Source: Phaeosaccion multiseriatum
Lineage: Eukaryota > Protista > Ochrophyta, other classes
DNA: 64,000 bases
Direction: 5' to 3'
Assembly: GCA_965112735.1 (NCBI GenBank)
Contig: OZ218952.1
Location: 5,580,001 to 5,644,000 of the forward strand
The notes beneath the pieces are model-generated. The model ran no database searches. It had not been told where the DNA came from and saw only the letters and a program-made list of their open reading frames with translations. Numbering within the stretch: the first letter of the stretch is position 1; each line of letters starts with the position of its first letter. The translations under genes were made by a program, and so were the position numbers. Positions 10,389 through 22,840 of the stretch are shown one piece after another.

Positions 10389-11800
10389 ATGTGTCAATCA
10401 TGGACACAGGATGATAGATACAGAGAGAAGGTGTCGCAGAACCCACAGTCAGTCCAGCCTGGCACGCGGCCTTGCCTTTGTCAAGCCTTGTCATGGTCCG
10501 AAACGACCACGTGCAGCTCCAGGAAAGAGGGTACCCCTCGAATATCTTCCCACTGAGTCCACCAGTCCCCCGGGGCGGGTGGGTGGGAGAAGATTCACCG
10601 CGTTAGCTGCTTTCAGGGCAGCGACTCCTATCCTCACTTCCACTCCACCCCACCACACCACAGTCCTCTTATGCCACACCCTCAAGTTTCTAACCCCCGC
10701 CCTCCCTTGCCAGTCCGTGAAAAATCGTTTTCCCACCGGGGTACGAAAACTCTCCTTTCACGGACTTCCCGGTCGGATACCTCCCCCCCACACTCACAAA
10801 TGCCCACACAATAGTATTACAATTAGGTAAAAGGGGGTACTTGCCAGTCGGAAGAGGACGAGTCTTTGCGCACCCGGCACCGCCCCTATGACGGTGCCGC
10901 GCACACTCCAACTCAACTGGATTTCCAGTCCCTCAACTCGTCCCTCCGGCTCGCCTCTCCCCCCCCTCACCTTTCCCTCCCCACCCCACTACTCCATCAT
11001 ACTCCGCATCCCCAGTCTTTGTCTGCCCCAGGGCAGCTCAGCACCACTCCCAATGGGCCTCCTCCTCTTTCTCCTTCTTATCTTATCACACATTTCAAGC
11101 ACACCCTTTCACTTTTTTCCACCCTCCTGTTTGCTTTCCCTCTGTCTCTTGCTTTTCTACATATCCGCCAATCGCCGCTGGGCTTCCAAGCAAACTTGTT
11201 CGACCTCACGCAGTTGTGTTTTCAGCATTCCCTCGTCTTCTGGGTGGATCTGTATCCATCGGCGCTCAAAGTCCGCGTATCGAAAAGGTCGATTGTCGTT
11301 CTCAACGTACGCGGTTCCATTCTCCATAAAGCTGTAGCGCTTCTTATCTGGAAGCCCCCCATCTTCTCCCCTGTTGTAGTTGAGCCGATGATAGTTGGCA
11401 CAGTCCAAGGGCTCAACAAGAGTGCGGTAGTTATTGGCCCTAGTCAACCAAGTGGTGGCCTGTCGAGGTGCGTCTGTCCAGGGAAGGCGGGTCAGCATCC
11501 ACCCTCTCTCTTCGTCCAAAGGCGGGTTTCCCTTGAGAGCCCCTTCCCAAAATGCAGCCAATTCTCGGCGTGCCTCCTCAGCCTCGGTCTTCCTCTGGTC
11601 ATTTTCCCCGAGGCGATACACATGAACGCACCACGGCACCTCCGAGCCCTCTTCTGTCAAGGGGGACGCCTCCAAGGACTCCTTAATGGACCCTAGTCTG
11701 GCCATACATTTTTGAGTTGCCTTGTAGTTCTTCGTCAGATCCTCGGAGAATTCTCTCTTGTCCTTGCCGATGGTGTACACGAAGGTAGATACAGCAATCA
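10389..11800. repeat. Segmental duplication, copy B (paralog of 776-1990), interrupted by a ~0.5 kb insertion
   Basis: Direct alignment with copy A. Confidence 0.95.
10532..11029. mobile_element. 498-bp insertion relative to copy A, flanked by an AGGG direct repeat, with internal hairpin
   Basis: Copy A: ggaaag-aggg-cagccc (1220-1223). Copy B: ggaaag-aggg(10528-31)-[tacccc...ctgcccc]-aggg(11030-33)-cagctc. Hairpin agtccgtgaaa...tttcacggact at 10712-10766. Confidence 0.5.
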
Positions 11801-11855
11801 CCAGCCCCGCCACGCTCAGCGTCAACTCTATGCTTTGCTTTGTAATTTTCTTCAT
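11157..11855 (-). CDS. Stand-alone EDS1-family EP-domain-like protein with N-terminal TM helix (paralog B, 232 aa)
   Basis: Open intronless ORF. TM-like LTLSVAGLVIAVSTFVYTI followed by KDKR. ARRELAAFWE...WLTRANNYRTLVEPLDCANYHR...RPFRY. Only 262 bp separate it from the TRRAP ATG, leaving no room for an upstream lipase domain. Confidence 0.82.
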   Translation of the reverse strand: MKKITKQSIELTLSVAGLVIAVSTFVYTIGKDKREFSEDLTKNYKATQKCMARLGSIKESLEASPLTEEGSEVPWCVHVYRLGENDQRKTEAEEARRELAAFWEGALKGNPPLDEERGWMLTRLPWTDAPRQATTWLTRANNYRTLVEPLDCANYHRLNYNRGEDGGLPDKKRYSFMENGTAYVENDNRPFRYADFERRWIQIHPEDEGMLKTQLREVEQVCLEAQRRLADM

Positions 11856-12117
11856 TTTTCTCCTTCCTTTTTTGTTTGTTTGTTTGTTTGTATCTGTGAT
11901 TTCGGGATGAGCAACGGCGCAACCTCCCTTACGTAAGCTTCACGGTTATTGTTTTCACCGTCTAGAGTTCTCCTTGTTGTACAAGACCAGACAGCCGGCT
12001 AAGCAGCGAGGCTTTCTTCCGACCATTCGACTTGCTATGACCCTCTGAGGACTCTGCGCCGAGTTTGCTGCTCGGAGCCGGCTTTGCGAGGTCCAAACAA
12101 GACAGTTTGGGCTGACT
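11856..12117. promoter_or_regulatory. Probable compact bidirectional promoter (EP paralog B / TRRAP)
   Basis: Head-to-head ATGs at 11855 (-) and 12118 (+). Inference from geometry only. Confidence 0.5.
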
Positions 12118-15100
12118 ATGAACTTCGAGGTGGCCAAGGAAAAGCTCTTGTCACCCAACTTGACGGAGGCGCTCCAGGTGGGTGATAGGGGTTTGGTGCA
12201 CAGCCAGGTGGTGAGGGTGCTCCTGCAAAGGGTGCGCTCTCTTGCCGGTGGCGGTTCTTGGAGTGAAGAGAGCAAAAAGCATGGGAGGGGGGGGGGGGGC
12301 TAATCACAGGCCAACCGCTGGAAGTGTATCTAGTCTTTGACACTGCTCATTTGCCGCCACTCCACCGCATATTCCGCCTACCTCTCGCGACGCCACTACT
12401 GCTGTCTCTCCAGCGACTCACTCTCACTCTCTTCATCCACCCTTGGCCCCTGCTGCTGCTGCAATCCCTGGTAGGTCGCCACTGATCTTCGGGAGCGCAT
12501 CGAGATTGTGCACACAAATGTGTTTGGCAACTTCCTCAAGCACCTCCTACCGGCGTTTACGTAAGTGCGCAGGCCATTGCACCCGCCATTACAGCCCCCC
12601 TCTGGATGGCCCCTCTCACCCTCTGACTTGACGCCTCCTTGCAAACCTCTCGACCCCCTCCGTCGCCGCTCTGCTGTGCCGTACCACCGCGCCGGACTCT
12701 CCTCCTCGTCCTCGTGATCTATTCTCCCTCCTCTTCCTCTCCTCCATCACCCTCCTGATCCATCCCTCCACCTCCATCTCTACCCTCCTCATCCTCCTCT
12801 CTCCCCCCCCTATCTGCCCTGCTGCGCCCTCCCCCAAAAGGGAGCTGCTGCGCACACGTCTAGCGCCTCAGCAGCACTCCGACAACGAGACGCACCGCTT
12901 CAGGCACACCATCTTGGAGATATTGCACCGCCTGCCCAACAATGACCTGCTCAAGCCCTACAATAGGGACCTGCTGCTGCTCGTCATGGACGTGCTCAGG
13001 TAGAGTAAAAGCAAAAGTCGAATCAAGCACAAAGGGGTGGAGCACAGAGGGGTGGAGCACCACGACAGAGGGGGGGTGGCGCCGGGCTTGATCCAAGAAC
13101 GCAAGGCATATGGGGATAGGGCAAGACCTGCTGACCAAACCCCTTCCCCGGCCCGGGCCAACATGCCGACTGACCGTACTACGCATCATGGCGGTCTTCA
13201 CGGCTCTCTCTCGAATGTGCAATGTGCTGTGAATGACCTTGTCCCTTCTCCTTCCCCTCCCGCCTCGGCCCCGTATGCAGGAATGACAACGAGGAGAATG
13301 CCCTGACCTGCCTGCGCATCGTGTTCGACCTGCACAAGAACTACAGGCCCTCGCTGGAGGGGGAGGTGCAGCCCTTCCTAGACGTGAGCAAGCAAGCACG
13401 AGAGCCCCCTCTACCCTTCTTGTTCTGTTGTCTCGTCTCTGCCGCCTGCAAACACGCTCGCTCTCATCGTCCCCAACCTCTCTCCCCCTCCCTCCCCTCC
13501 CCGTGCGTACCACAGGTGGTGCGTCAAGTGTACTCCAACCTCAGCGCCTCTGTGCAGGACATCTTCAGCAAGGAGGGCATCGCCAACGCCACCAATGCGG
13601 CGGAGGCGGCCCGCCACAGAGCGAACGCAGCCTCGGCAGCGGCAGCGGCGGCAGCAGCCAATGCAGCGAATGCAGCCAATGCAGCGGCGGCAAACGCGAC
13701 CAACGCAGCTGCAGCAGCAGCAGCGGCTCCTGCTCCTGCCCCTGCGCCGGCGACCTCTGCTGAGGCCCCTACTACTCCGCAGAATGGGGCTGCCCCAATG
13801 GCGTCTGCTACCGCCCCTCCTGCTCCTGCCCCTGCTTCCGTCGGTGCCGAACCGATGACCACCGGCGCCTCCACGGCAGTCGCTGTCGCCCCGCCTGTAG
13901 CAGGAGGAGGAGGAGCTCCACCACCGGCACAGGCACAGCCCCCTTTGGCAGCACCACTAGGAGGGGCGGTCGCTGGTCAGCCCCAGGCAGGAGCGGCAGT
14001 AGCACCAGTGGCACCGGTGGTAGCAGCCCCTCCCGTGCAGCCGCCGGGCACTGGCACTGTGACCGGCACTGTGCTGCTCAAGAGCCTCATGTCCTTCCGG
14101 GTGCTGACAGAGTGCCCGCTCATCGTCATGCTGTTGTTCCAACTGTACCCCAAGTACATCAATCAGAACATACCCAACCTCATCCCCCTCATGATACAGG
14201 TGGGCAGAGGCTGATTGGACGGTCTGTGCCTGATATGACTGACAGACTGACTGACTGACTGACTCAATGATTGACTGACACCAGATACTGACCGACAGAT
14301 TGGTGGCGACCACGCTTCCTCTGCTTGCTTAAGTGTGCTATCCGCAGTGTGACACCATCGTTTCCCCCCCTTCCGTTCCTGGCCACCGTTCACCAGATGG
14401 CAATGAGTGGCATTATCGCGTTCTGTGCACAAACTCCTCCTGACCCGCTCGCTCCTGTCTTTCTCTGTATATATATATGTACGTTGTGTATCTCTCCCCC
14501 CCCCCCTCTCTCTATCTCCATCTCTCGTCTCTCTATCCACCTGCAGACGCTGAGCCTGGCCCCTCCTCTGGGTCCGCCGCCGGCAGTGCTGCACACGCGT
14601 TTCCGAGAGCTCGTGGCGTGCCAGGTCAAGACTCTCTCCTTCCTCACGTACCTGCTCAGGGGCTTTGCGGAGCACATGCGACCCTACGAAAAGGCCATCA
14701 GGTGCGTGTGTGTGTGTGTGGTGTGTGCGCGCGCGTGTCTGTGGACAGGTGGAATGAAAGTGTCTCTGTGTACCCTCACCATCTCTTTCATCTCTCTCAC
14801 TCGATCCGCCCTCTCTCCCTCTCCGCATACCCGACCAACAGCAATAGCGTGGTGGGACTGATGCGTAACTGCCCGCCGGACGCGCCCTCCACACGCAAGG
14901 AGCTGCTCGTGGCCACCCGGCACATCCTCGCCACTGACTTCAGAAAAGGTGCGCACTGCCTGCCCAGATGCCTGCCTCTGCCCATACGCCTGCCTTCTTG
15001 TGCTTGCTTAGGGCTAGGGTCGTCTGAGGTCAGCCTCTCCTGCCAGCCTCTAGTGCGTGCGTGTGTATCCGCCCTTCCCCCGTCAGTGTTGTGCCCTATC

Positions 15101-15622
15101 GGAGCATCAGAGAGCTTGCAGGGGTGAAGCGACGCGCCGTTGTATAGGAGGGCATGGATGTGCGGCTTCTGTCTTTCCCTTCCCCTTCCGCTATCATCCT
15201 CCGACCCTTCCTGACGGGCCCATGTACACCATCCACGCTTTCTGCTCGGCTCCTGCTGCTACCCGTGTGCCCTTCTCCTCCTCCTCCTCCTCCACCACCA
15301 CCACCACCACCACCACCACCACCACCACCACCACCACCTCGTCCTCCCCCTCCTCCTCCTCCCTCCTCCTCCCCCAAACCCCCTTCTCCTCCCCTTTTGC
15401 GTGTATGGTTAGGCTTCTTCACGGAGGTGGACACCCTGATGCAGGAGGGCATGCTCGTAGGCACAGGGCAGCAGGGGCAGGATGTGCTCCGTCCCTTGGC
15501 CTTCTCCACACTCGCTGACCTCGTGCACCACGTGCGGGCCTCTCTCACACTGGAGCAGGTTTCCGAGGTGGTGCGTGTGTTCTCCAAGAACATTCACGAC
15601 CCCTCACTGCCCATCTCCATTC

Positions 15623-15657
<35 letters not shown>

Positions 15658-17575
15658 TGTGTGTGTGCTTGTGTGTGTATGTGTCGGCGTGTGTGGTGTG
15701 TATTTATGTGCGTGTGTGGTGTGTATGTGTGCGTATGTGTGCCAACCACGATTCCAAAGACCTTAAATTTCTTCGGCTCTTGCTGGCTTTGCAGTAAGCG
15801 TGTACATTCTAAACATAGTCATCACTTTGTTGGTCTTGCTACCCTTCTTGCGACCTCCTCCCCCCCCCCACCCACCCCTGCAGATCACGAGTGTGCGCTT
15901 GCTGCTTAACCTCGTGGACTTCATCTTCCACAACAAGGACGAAGACGGCTCCAGGGGCAAGCTGCTCCTGCAGCGCATTCTCAAGGCACTCGTGTACAAG
16001 TTCGGCACCCTCAGACATGTGAGTGAGGAGGAGGGGAAGGGCTCTGGGGAGAAAGGCAGACAGAGACGGCGACAGAGGTGGAGAGAGAAAGGGAGAGAGG
16101 GACAAAGTACAACACAGGCCTTATCACACAGAGAAAGAGAGAGAGGAGGGATGGTATGTTTTGTATCTGTGTCACTCGCAGCGATCGACCTCCCCTCTCT
16201 GCTGACACTGATAGCGACAATGAACACCCCCCCCCATCCACTGCCATCCACTGCCATGCCCGCTGCGTAGCACATCCCGCGCGTACTCGAGGCGGAGAAG
16301 TTCCGTGAGCTTGACCACGCCCTACTGGAGAGGGGCGCCACCGCACAGCTATCCTTCGCCATGCAGCAGAGGAGGAGGATGATAGTCGACGGGCAGAGGA
16401 CAGGCGGAGGAGGAGGAGGAGGAGGAGGAGGATCCGGGGGGGGCAGCGACAGCACCGGCGGGCAGGCCGGCGCGGCTCCCTCTCCCGGGGGGGCAGGGGC
16501 AGCCCCGGGGGGGACGTCGTCGTCATCGTCTTCTTCGTCCTCGTCATCCACAACGCCCGAGTACATGGCAGAGGGGCCTGCTGCTGCGGTGCTGCTCATG
16601 CCGAGAGAGCTCGGACCTGTCGACCTTCGAGCCAAGGGCATGCCGAGGAAGAGTGCGTTGGGTGGGCCTCCGGATGTGGTGGACACGCCCAAAGACGTCA
16701 AGAGCCTTGTCAAGACGATGATTCTCGGGCTCAAGACAGTCATTTGGTGCTGCGGGAACTACAGGAGGAAGCAGCATCAGCAGGCGCACGCACTAAAGCT
16801 GCAACAGCAGCAGCAGCAGCTGGCACTCCAACAGCAGCAGCAACAGCAGCAGGGTCAGGTGCCACCACCGCCGATCCAGCTCCAGCAGCCGACGCCATCG
16901 ATTATGACGGGGGAGGAGAGGGATATGGTGGCAAAGTTCTTCAAGTGGGGCTTGACGGGCTGTCTGTGTATCTTCACGCAGGCGGAGGGGGCCACGCCGG
17001 CCGATTGGAAGGACGTGCTGGACCACTTTGCGGGTGCGTGCGTGTCTCGGATGATTGGGTTTGATTAGTGCATGCAGAGAGAGAAGGGAGAAGGGGGGGG
17101 GGAGGGATACGGGGGACGGGGAGAGAGAGGGAGTGGACAAGGAGGGAGGAGGAGGGAGAAGAGAGCGAAGGAGAAAGAGAGAGAGAAGGCCGAGGGAGGA
17201 GAGCAACAACGTGTGACCTCCATCTTGGTGGAGTGTGGCCTTGGGGGTTGCTGTGAGCACATAGCACCGTACCTTCACACACGGAAGGAGAGAGAGAGAG
17301 AGAGAGAGAGAGAAAACTTTGCACCCCACTCACTCGCCCGCCCCGTTCCGTTTACCGCCGCCCCCCCTCTCACTCACGGCTACTTTCCTGTTACAGGAGC
17401 CTTCACCGTGCTGGAGCCCTACAACTTGCGCACCACGGCCGGACGGCACATTCCGCAGCTCTTTGCCTGTGTGCTCTCCGACCCTGCCCTCCTGTCTGTC
17501 CCGCAGCACCTCCTGGCCAACAGCAACGCAAGCTGCGCCTTTGCTGATATGCTTCTCTCCTTCCTGGTGCAGCAG

Positions 17576-17609
<34 letters not shown>

Positions 17610-20600
17610 AAGCATCTCCCTCTTCTCTCGTCTCTGTCTGCGCCTGTTGAATAGCTGTGACACACGGGTTAGCAAATGAACTTGCCGCAGCTTGAGGATC
17701 AATGACCTACTTTATTGACTGACTCAGTGATGTCACACACCCCTCCCTCTCTCCCTTGCAGATGGACGACGTCGCTGGCTACGAGAGCAAGAGAGTGGGA
17801 CGCGCAGCCCGCGCAGCCCGTGGCGCTACCTCCTCCTCCGCCTCCACATCAACGGGGGGCGGGCAGAGGAGGGCGAGGAAGAGGCGGCGGCAAGCGAGTA
17901 AGCAGAGCTCCGCCGGGGTTGGGGACGGGGAGGGTGATGGAGCAGAGGAGTCCTCTGACTCTGACTCTGACGATGGGCAGAGAGATGTTTTGCTGACGGG
18001 GCCACGGCTGCGACCGAGTAGAGAACTTTGGGACAGTCACATCAAGACTCGCGCAAGGGACAAGAGGCACCTAGAGCGGGCTGGAGCAGCTGCGGCAGGA
18101 GAGGAGGCAGCAGCAACCACCACCAAGAGAAAGGGAGAGGGCGGGGCGGAGAAGAAGGATGATGATGATGACCCTGACCACGATCAGAGCTCAGTAGCGG
18201 CCCTGCTGGGCAGGGAGGACGAGGACGAGGAGGCGGAGAGGAAGAGAGAGGCAAAGGCCACCCTCCGCGCATCGGTGCTGCTCAGGCTCTTCAAAGTGGT
18301 GTTCGGCAGGTGTGTGCATATATGGGTGTGGCGGACTGTGTGCGCTGCTACCGGAGCTCTCTGTCTCTCCTCTCTCTCTCTACAGGTGGTGATGTTCACC
18401 GCATACTCTTCTCCCCCCCCCCTTCTCTCCCTCATCCCCTCTCCCTCTCTCCCTCCCTTTCCCAAGTGTCACTCTCTTCGCAGAGAACGAGGCCATCCTC
18501 CGTCCACACCTGCAGACAATCATTCGCTCCTGCCTCAGATACACCACCAGGTCAGGAGGGTCAGGACCAAGGTCGGGGTGCGGAGGGGCAGGGTCAGGGA
18601 GGGGGTCAGGGTCAGGGTGAAGTGCAGGGGTTGGGTGGTGAGGGAAGGAGGCTGGATGGTCCTGCGGTGAGGCGCCTTGGTGGGTTGAGAGAGTTGTTGG
18701 TTTCCAGCTCCGGGTGGAGGGCAAGAGAGAGAGAGAGAGAGAGTTCTTTATTGCAGCTCTCGTCCTGTCTGCCTTACGTGGTCTCTGAATGAGGTTAAGC
18801 CCCCCCCCCCTTCTCACGCCCCTCTCCCCTCCCCTTGAATTGCGCAGGGTGAGTAAGCCCACCAACTACTACCTCCTGCTGAGGGCGCTGTTCCGCAGCA
18901 TCTCGGGGGGCAAGTTTGAGCAGGTACAGTAAATCAGTCGTGCACACGGGATGGTGGAGGCAAAAGCTGTCTTCTTTGGTTTGTTTGAAACGAGCATATG
19001 CATCATTCGTGTTTGCTTGTTGAGGCCGAGGCGCTGGATTCCGCCTGCCTTCCTTGCGCCCCCCCCCCCCCACTCTCTCTCCCTCCATCTCCCCATGTCA
19101 TTCGCCTTCTCACCACCTCACCCCCTCCTCGTCCTCCCTCCTCCTCCTGCTCTCTCTCCCTCTCCTTCTCCCTCCCTCTCTCCCTCGCCCTCGCCCCTCT
19201 CCCTATCTCTCGCTCTGTCGCCCTTTCTCTTGGGGCGCAAACGCAAACCCAATCGCAAACCGAACGTCAACCACAACGCCCAACCCCACACATTCTCACC
19301 CGCAGAGCTATAAGGAGATGCTTCCCCTGCTGCCCCTCCTCCTCACCGAGCTAAGCAAGCTGCACGACCGCAGCCCCGAGCCCGCTGTGCAGAACATCCT
19401 CGTGGAGCTGTGCCTCACCGTGCCTGCTCGATTGGCCTCGCTCTTGCCCCACCTGCCCCTCATGATGCGGCTCATGGTGCATGCGCTAAGGAGTCGGGGT
19501 GGAGATTTGGACGGACTGGCGCTGAGGACGCTCGAGTTTTGGGTGGACAATCTCAACCCGGAGTACCTGTACAAGGTGTGTATGTGTGTAGTAGTAGTAT
19601 GTCAATGGGTGGGTCTAGTATGTCAGTGATTTATGTCAATGGGTGGATGTGTGGATGTGTGGCGGTTGGGGTGTGAGTGTTGGTGATACAGGGGTGTGGT
19701 GTGTGTGTGGTGGGTTGGGGGTGGGGCCTCCACAAGTTTACCTCCATCTGACGCAAGACCCCTCCCCTGCGCCCCACCCATGCGCCTCTACTTCTGCCTC
19801 TGCCCATATGCCTGCCCATACGCCTGCCCATATGCCTGCCCATATGCCCCCCCCTAGGTTATGTCCCACGACAGCACCGTGCTGGCGGACATCATGAGCG
19901 CGCTCTGCGACAACCTCCGCCCCGCACCCTTCCCCTACGGCACCATCGCTCTGCGGCTGCTCGGAAAGCTCGGGGGCAGGAACAGGTACCGCGTTGCTCT
20001 GTATCACCAACTGCTTCTGCTCCACGCCCATATTCCTCTCCTCTGCTCTTGTTTGGTACTCGGGGTATTGTCCTTCTTCTGTACGTACGCTTCCTGTTGA
20101 CGCTGTCTCCTCCTTCCCTCCTCTCCCTCCCCCCCTGCCTGCCTGCCTCCCTCTCGCATTGGCAGGTGCTTCATCAAGGAGCAGCGGCCCATCCCCCGCA
20201 AGGAGTTCGGCGGTTGGCAGACGGTGGACTCCTTCCAGGTAGAGATGAAGTGGTGGTACAAGCGGCAGCAGCAGCAAGACCAAGGCCAAGCCAACAGGCT
20301 GGCAGCCCCTGCCCTTGCCTCTTCCCCGGGCTCTACTCCAGCTCCTACTCCTGCCCCAGCTGGAGCCGTGGCCGGAGCCGGAGACGCGACCGCTGATGGC
20401 TCGGGTGTGGGGGCGATGGATGTGGACAATGGGGGGGTAGCAGGGGCAACACCAACAGCAGGTGGTGATACAGCAGCAGCAGTGGGTGATACAGCGGCAG
20501 CAGCAACGGCGGCGGCGGCCGAGGAGGCTCTCTTCTCCTTCACGCTGCCCCTCGACGGTACCGTGGAGAACGTTTGCGTGCTACTGGACCGCATCATGTC

Positions 20601-22676
20601 GGCACCCGTGGAGGGCGGGGCAGGCGTACGGAGGCAGCAGGGGTCCTCTTCCTCTTCCTCCTCTTCCTCCTCCTCCTCCTCTTCTGCCGCAAGTGGGGGT
20701 GCTTCGTCTTCCTCGCCCCCTTCTTCCTCTTCCTCCCGCACCGGACCCATGCTCACCACAGGGGAGATCAGCACCGTGGCAGGCAGCGCTGCCCCTCCGG
20801 TGCTGCCTCCCATCCCCTGCACACAGGGGGTACTCAAGGCCTCTGTCAAGCGTCACAAGCGCCTGGCCTTTGACTTTTTGTGCGCGGTGCTGAGTGACAT
20901 GGTGGCTCTCCATGCCTCACCGCTGGCGCCGGAGGACATTCGAACCGCCACGAGGCAGATGGAGCTCGACGCCGGCGGGCAAGAGGTGAGCCACAGGAAG
21001 GAAGGAAGGAAGGAAGGAAGGAGTACGGGCAAGGCAATGTAAGGGGGTAGAGTATTGGTTAAGAGAAGATTGGAGGGCACACACAGAGAGAGGCCCACAG
21101 AGGCCCACAGAGGCCCACGCTGACTTTCGTCTCTCCCGCGCTCTCTTCTTTTTGGGGGCCCGCGGCTCGTGTTTTTTCTTTCCTTTTTTGCTGTTACCCA
21201 ACCAAACCCTCCCTCTCTCCCTCTCTCCCTCCCTCCCTCCCTTTCTCTTTCCCTCTCTTCCTTCCTTCCTTCCTCATCCCACCTCGCACAGTGGCTCGAA
21301 GCGAAGCAAGGAGAGTCTCAGGCCCTCCCAGGCGTGGTGCGCTTCCAAAACCAATTTGCGTACAAGCGCCGTATGAACACCCGCCTGCTGCAGTCCCTCC
21401 TCGTCATGGGCGTCGACAAGGAACTAGGGGGAGAGGCACGCCAGCTCATGCGCGGTCTGGTGCTTCATGTTGTGAGGCTGACCACTCCCCTCCCTCCTTC
21501 TCAGCAGCAGCAGAAGCAGCAGCAGGGAGGGGGAGGGGAAGGGGCGATGGAGGTGGACAGCAGCCCTGCCCCAGGAAGTGGTGGTGATGGTGATGATGGA
21601 GATGGAGATGTCAAGATGGGGGGGCAGCAGGAGCAGTCGCAGGAGGAGGAGGAGGAGGGCAGGCAGTGGCTCCCTCCGGGGTTCGCAGACTTGAGCGTAC
21701 CACCACGCAGAAGGGCCAGGAGCAGCAGCGGTGGTGGCAGTAGCAGCAGCAGCAGTAAGTCAAGCAGCAAGCAGAGCCACGCCTTCAACACCGCTGCCAC
21801 GTGTGACTTCTCGCCCCTGCCTGCCACAGAGGCCCATCTGCACGGACTCAAATGTGTGACTCCGGCAGAGCTCACAGATGCCGTAGTGGAGGGATTGTGT
21901 GATCCGAGGGCGGCGGTGCAGAAGTCCTGCCTGGAGATGGTGGCCTTTATTGTACGCAGTTCGGCGGTGTGGGATGAGCCGCTGCTGGAGGAGCAGAAGG
22001 AGGAGGGTGAGGAGGACAAGGATGGCAAAGGTGGGGGTGGGGTTGCGACTGCCAAGGTCAAGGTGGAGAAGGAAAAGGAAAAGGAGAGAGAGGAGGAGGA
22101 GGAGGGGGAGGAGGAGAAAGAGAGTGGACCTGTGGCAAGTTCCATGTCCTCTGTGGCGGCGGCGGCGGCAGCAGCGGCAGCAGCGGCTGGCGGGCCCTCT
22201 CCCTCCGCCAGGAAGGAGGAGGAGAAGGAGGAGGAGGAGGTGGAGAAGACGAGGACGAGGGACCGCCTGCCATGGCACGGTGTCGTGTTGGTGCACAGTC
22301 TCGTCGCCAGCCTGTGTCGGTCGTGCTACGAGCAGCAGTGGCGGCGTAAGCTGCTTGCGTGCCGAGGCATGACGGTGTTGTGTCGCTTGCTGGACGCTAG
22401 GGCGGTGAGGGCCTTTGAACTGCCTCTCATGGCGGCCCTTCTCTTTGTGGTCAAGGTGAGTGATGACAGGAAATACGTGGGAGGAGAGTGGAGGGGGGTG
22501 GGTAGGGGAGGGGAGTGGTCTATCCATTGTTTCCTTCCCGCCCCCTCCCAACCCTCAAAGCCAAAAGACCAAGGCCTGACTCTGACTCGCCCCCCCCCCC
22601 CCCCACGCGTGCGCGCTTTTTTTCTGTGTGTGTGTGTGTCTCTGTCTCTGTCACTCTGTCGTTCTCTCTCTCTCTA

Positions 22677-22707
<31 letters not shown>

Positions 22708-22808
22708 CTCTGTCACTCTCTGTGTGTGTGTCTCTCTCTCTCTGTGTGTGTGTCTCTCTCTCTGTGTGTGTGTGTCTCTCTCTGTCACTCTCTGTCACTC
22801 TCTGTCGT

Positions 22809-22840
<32 letters not shown>

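Noticed and set aside
776-11800. Direct repeats read as the LTRs of a retrotransposon
   Set aside because: No TG...CA ends, PBS/PPT, or gag/RT/integrase. The repeats are gene paralogs with patchy identity.
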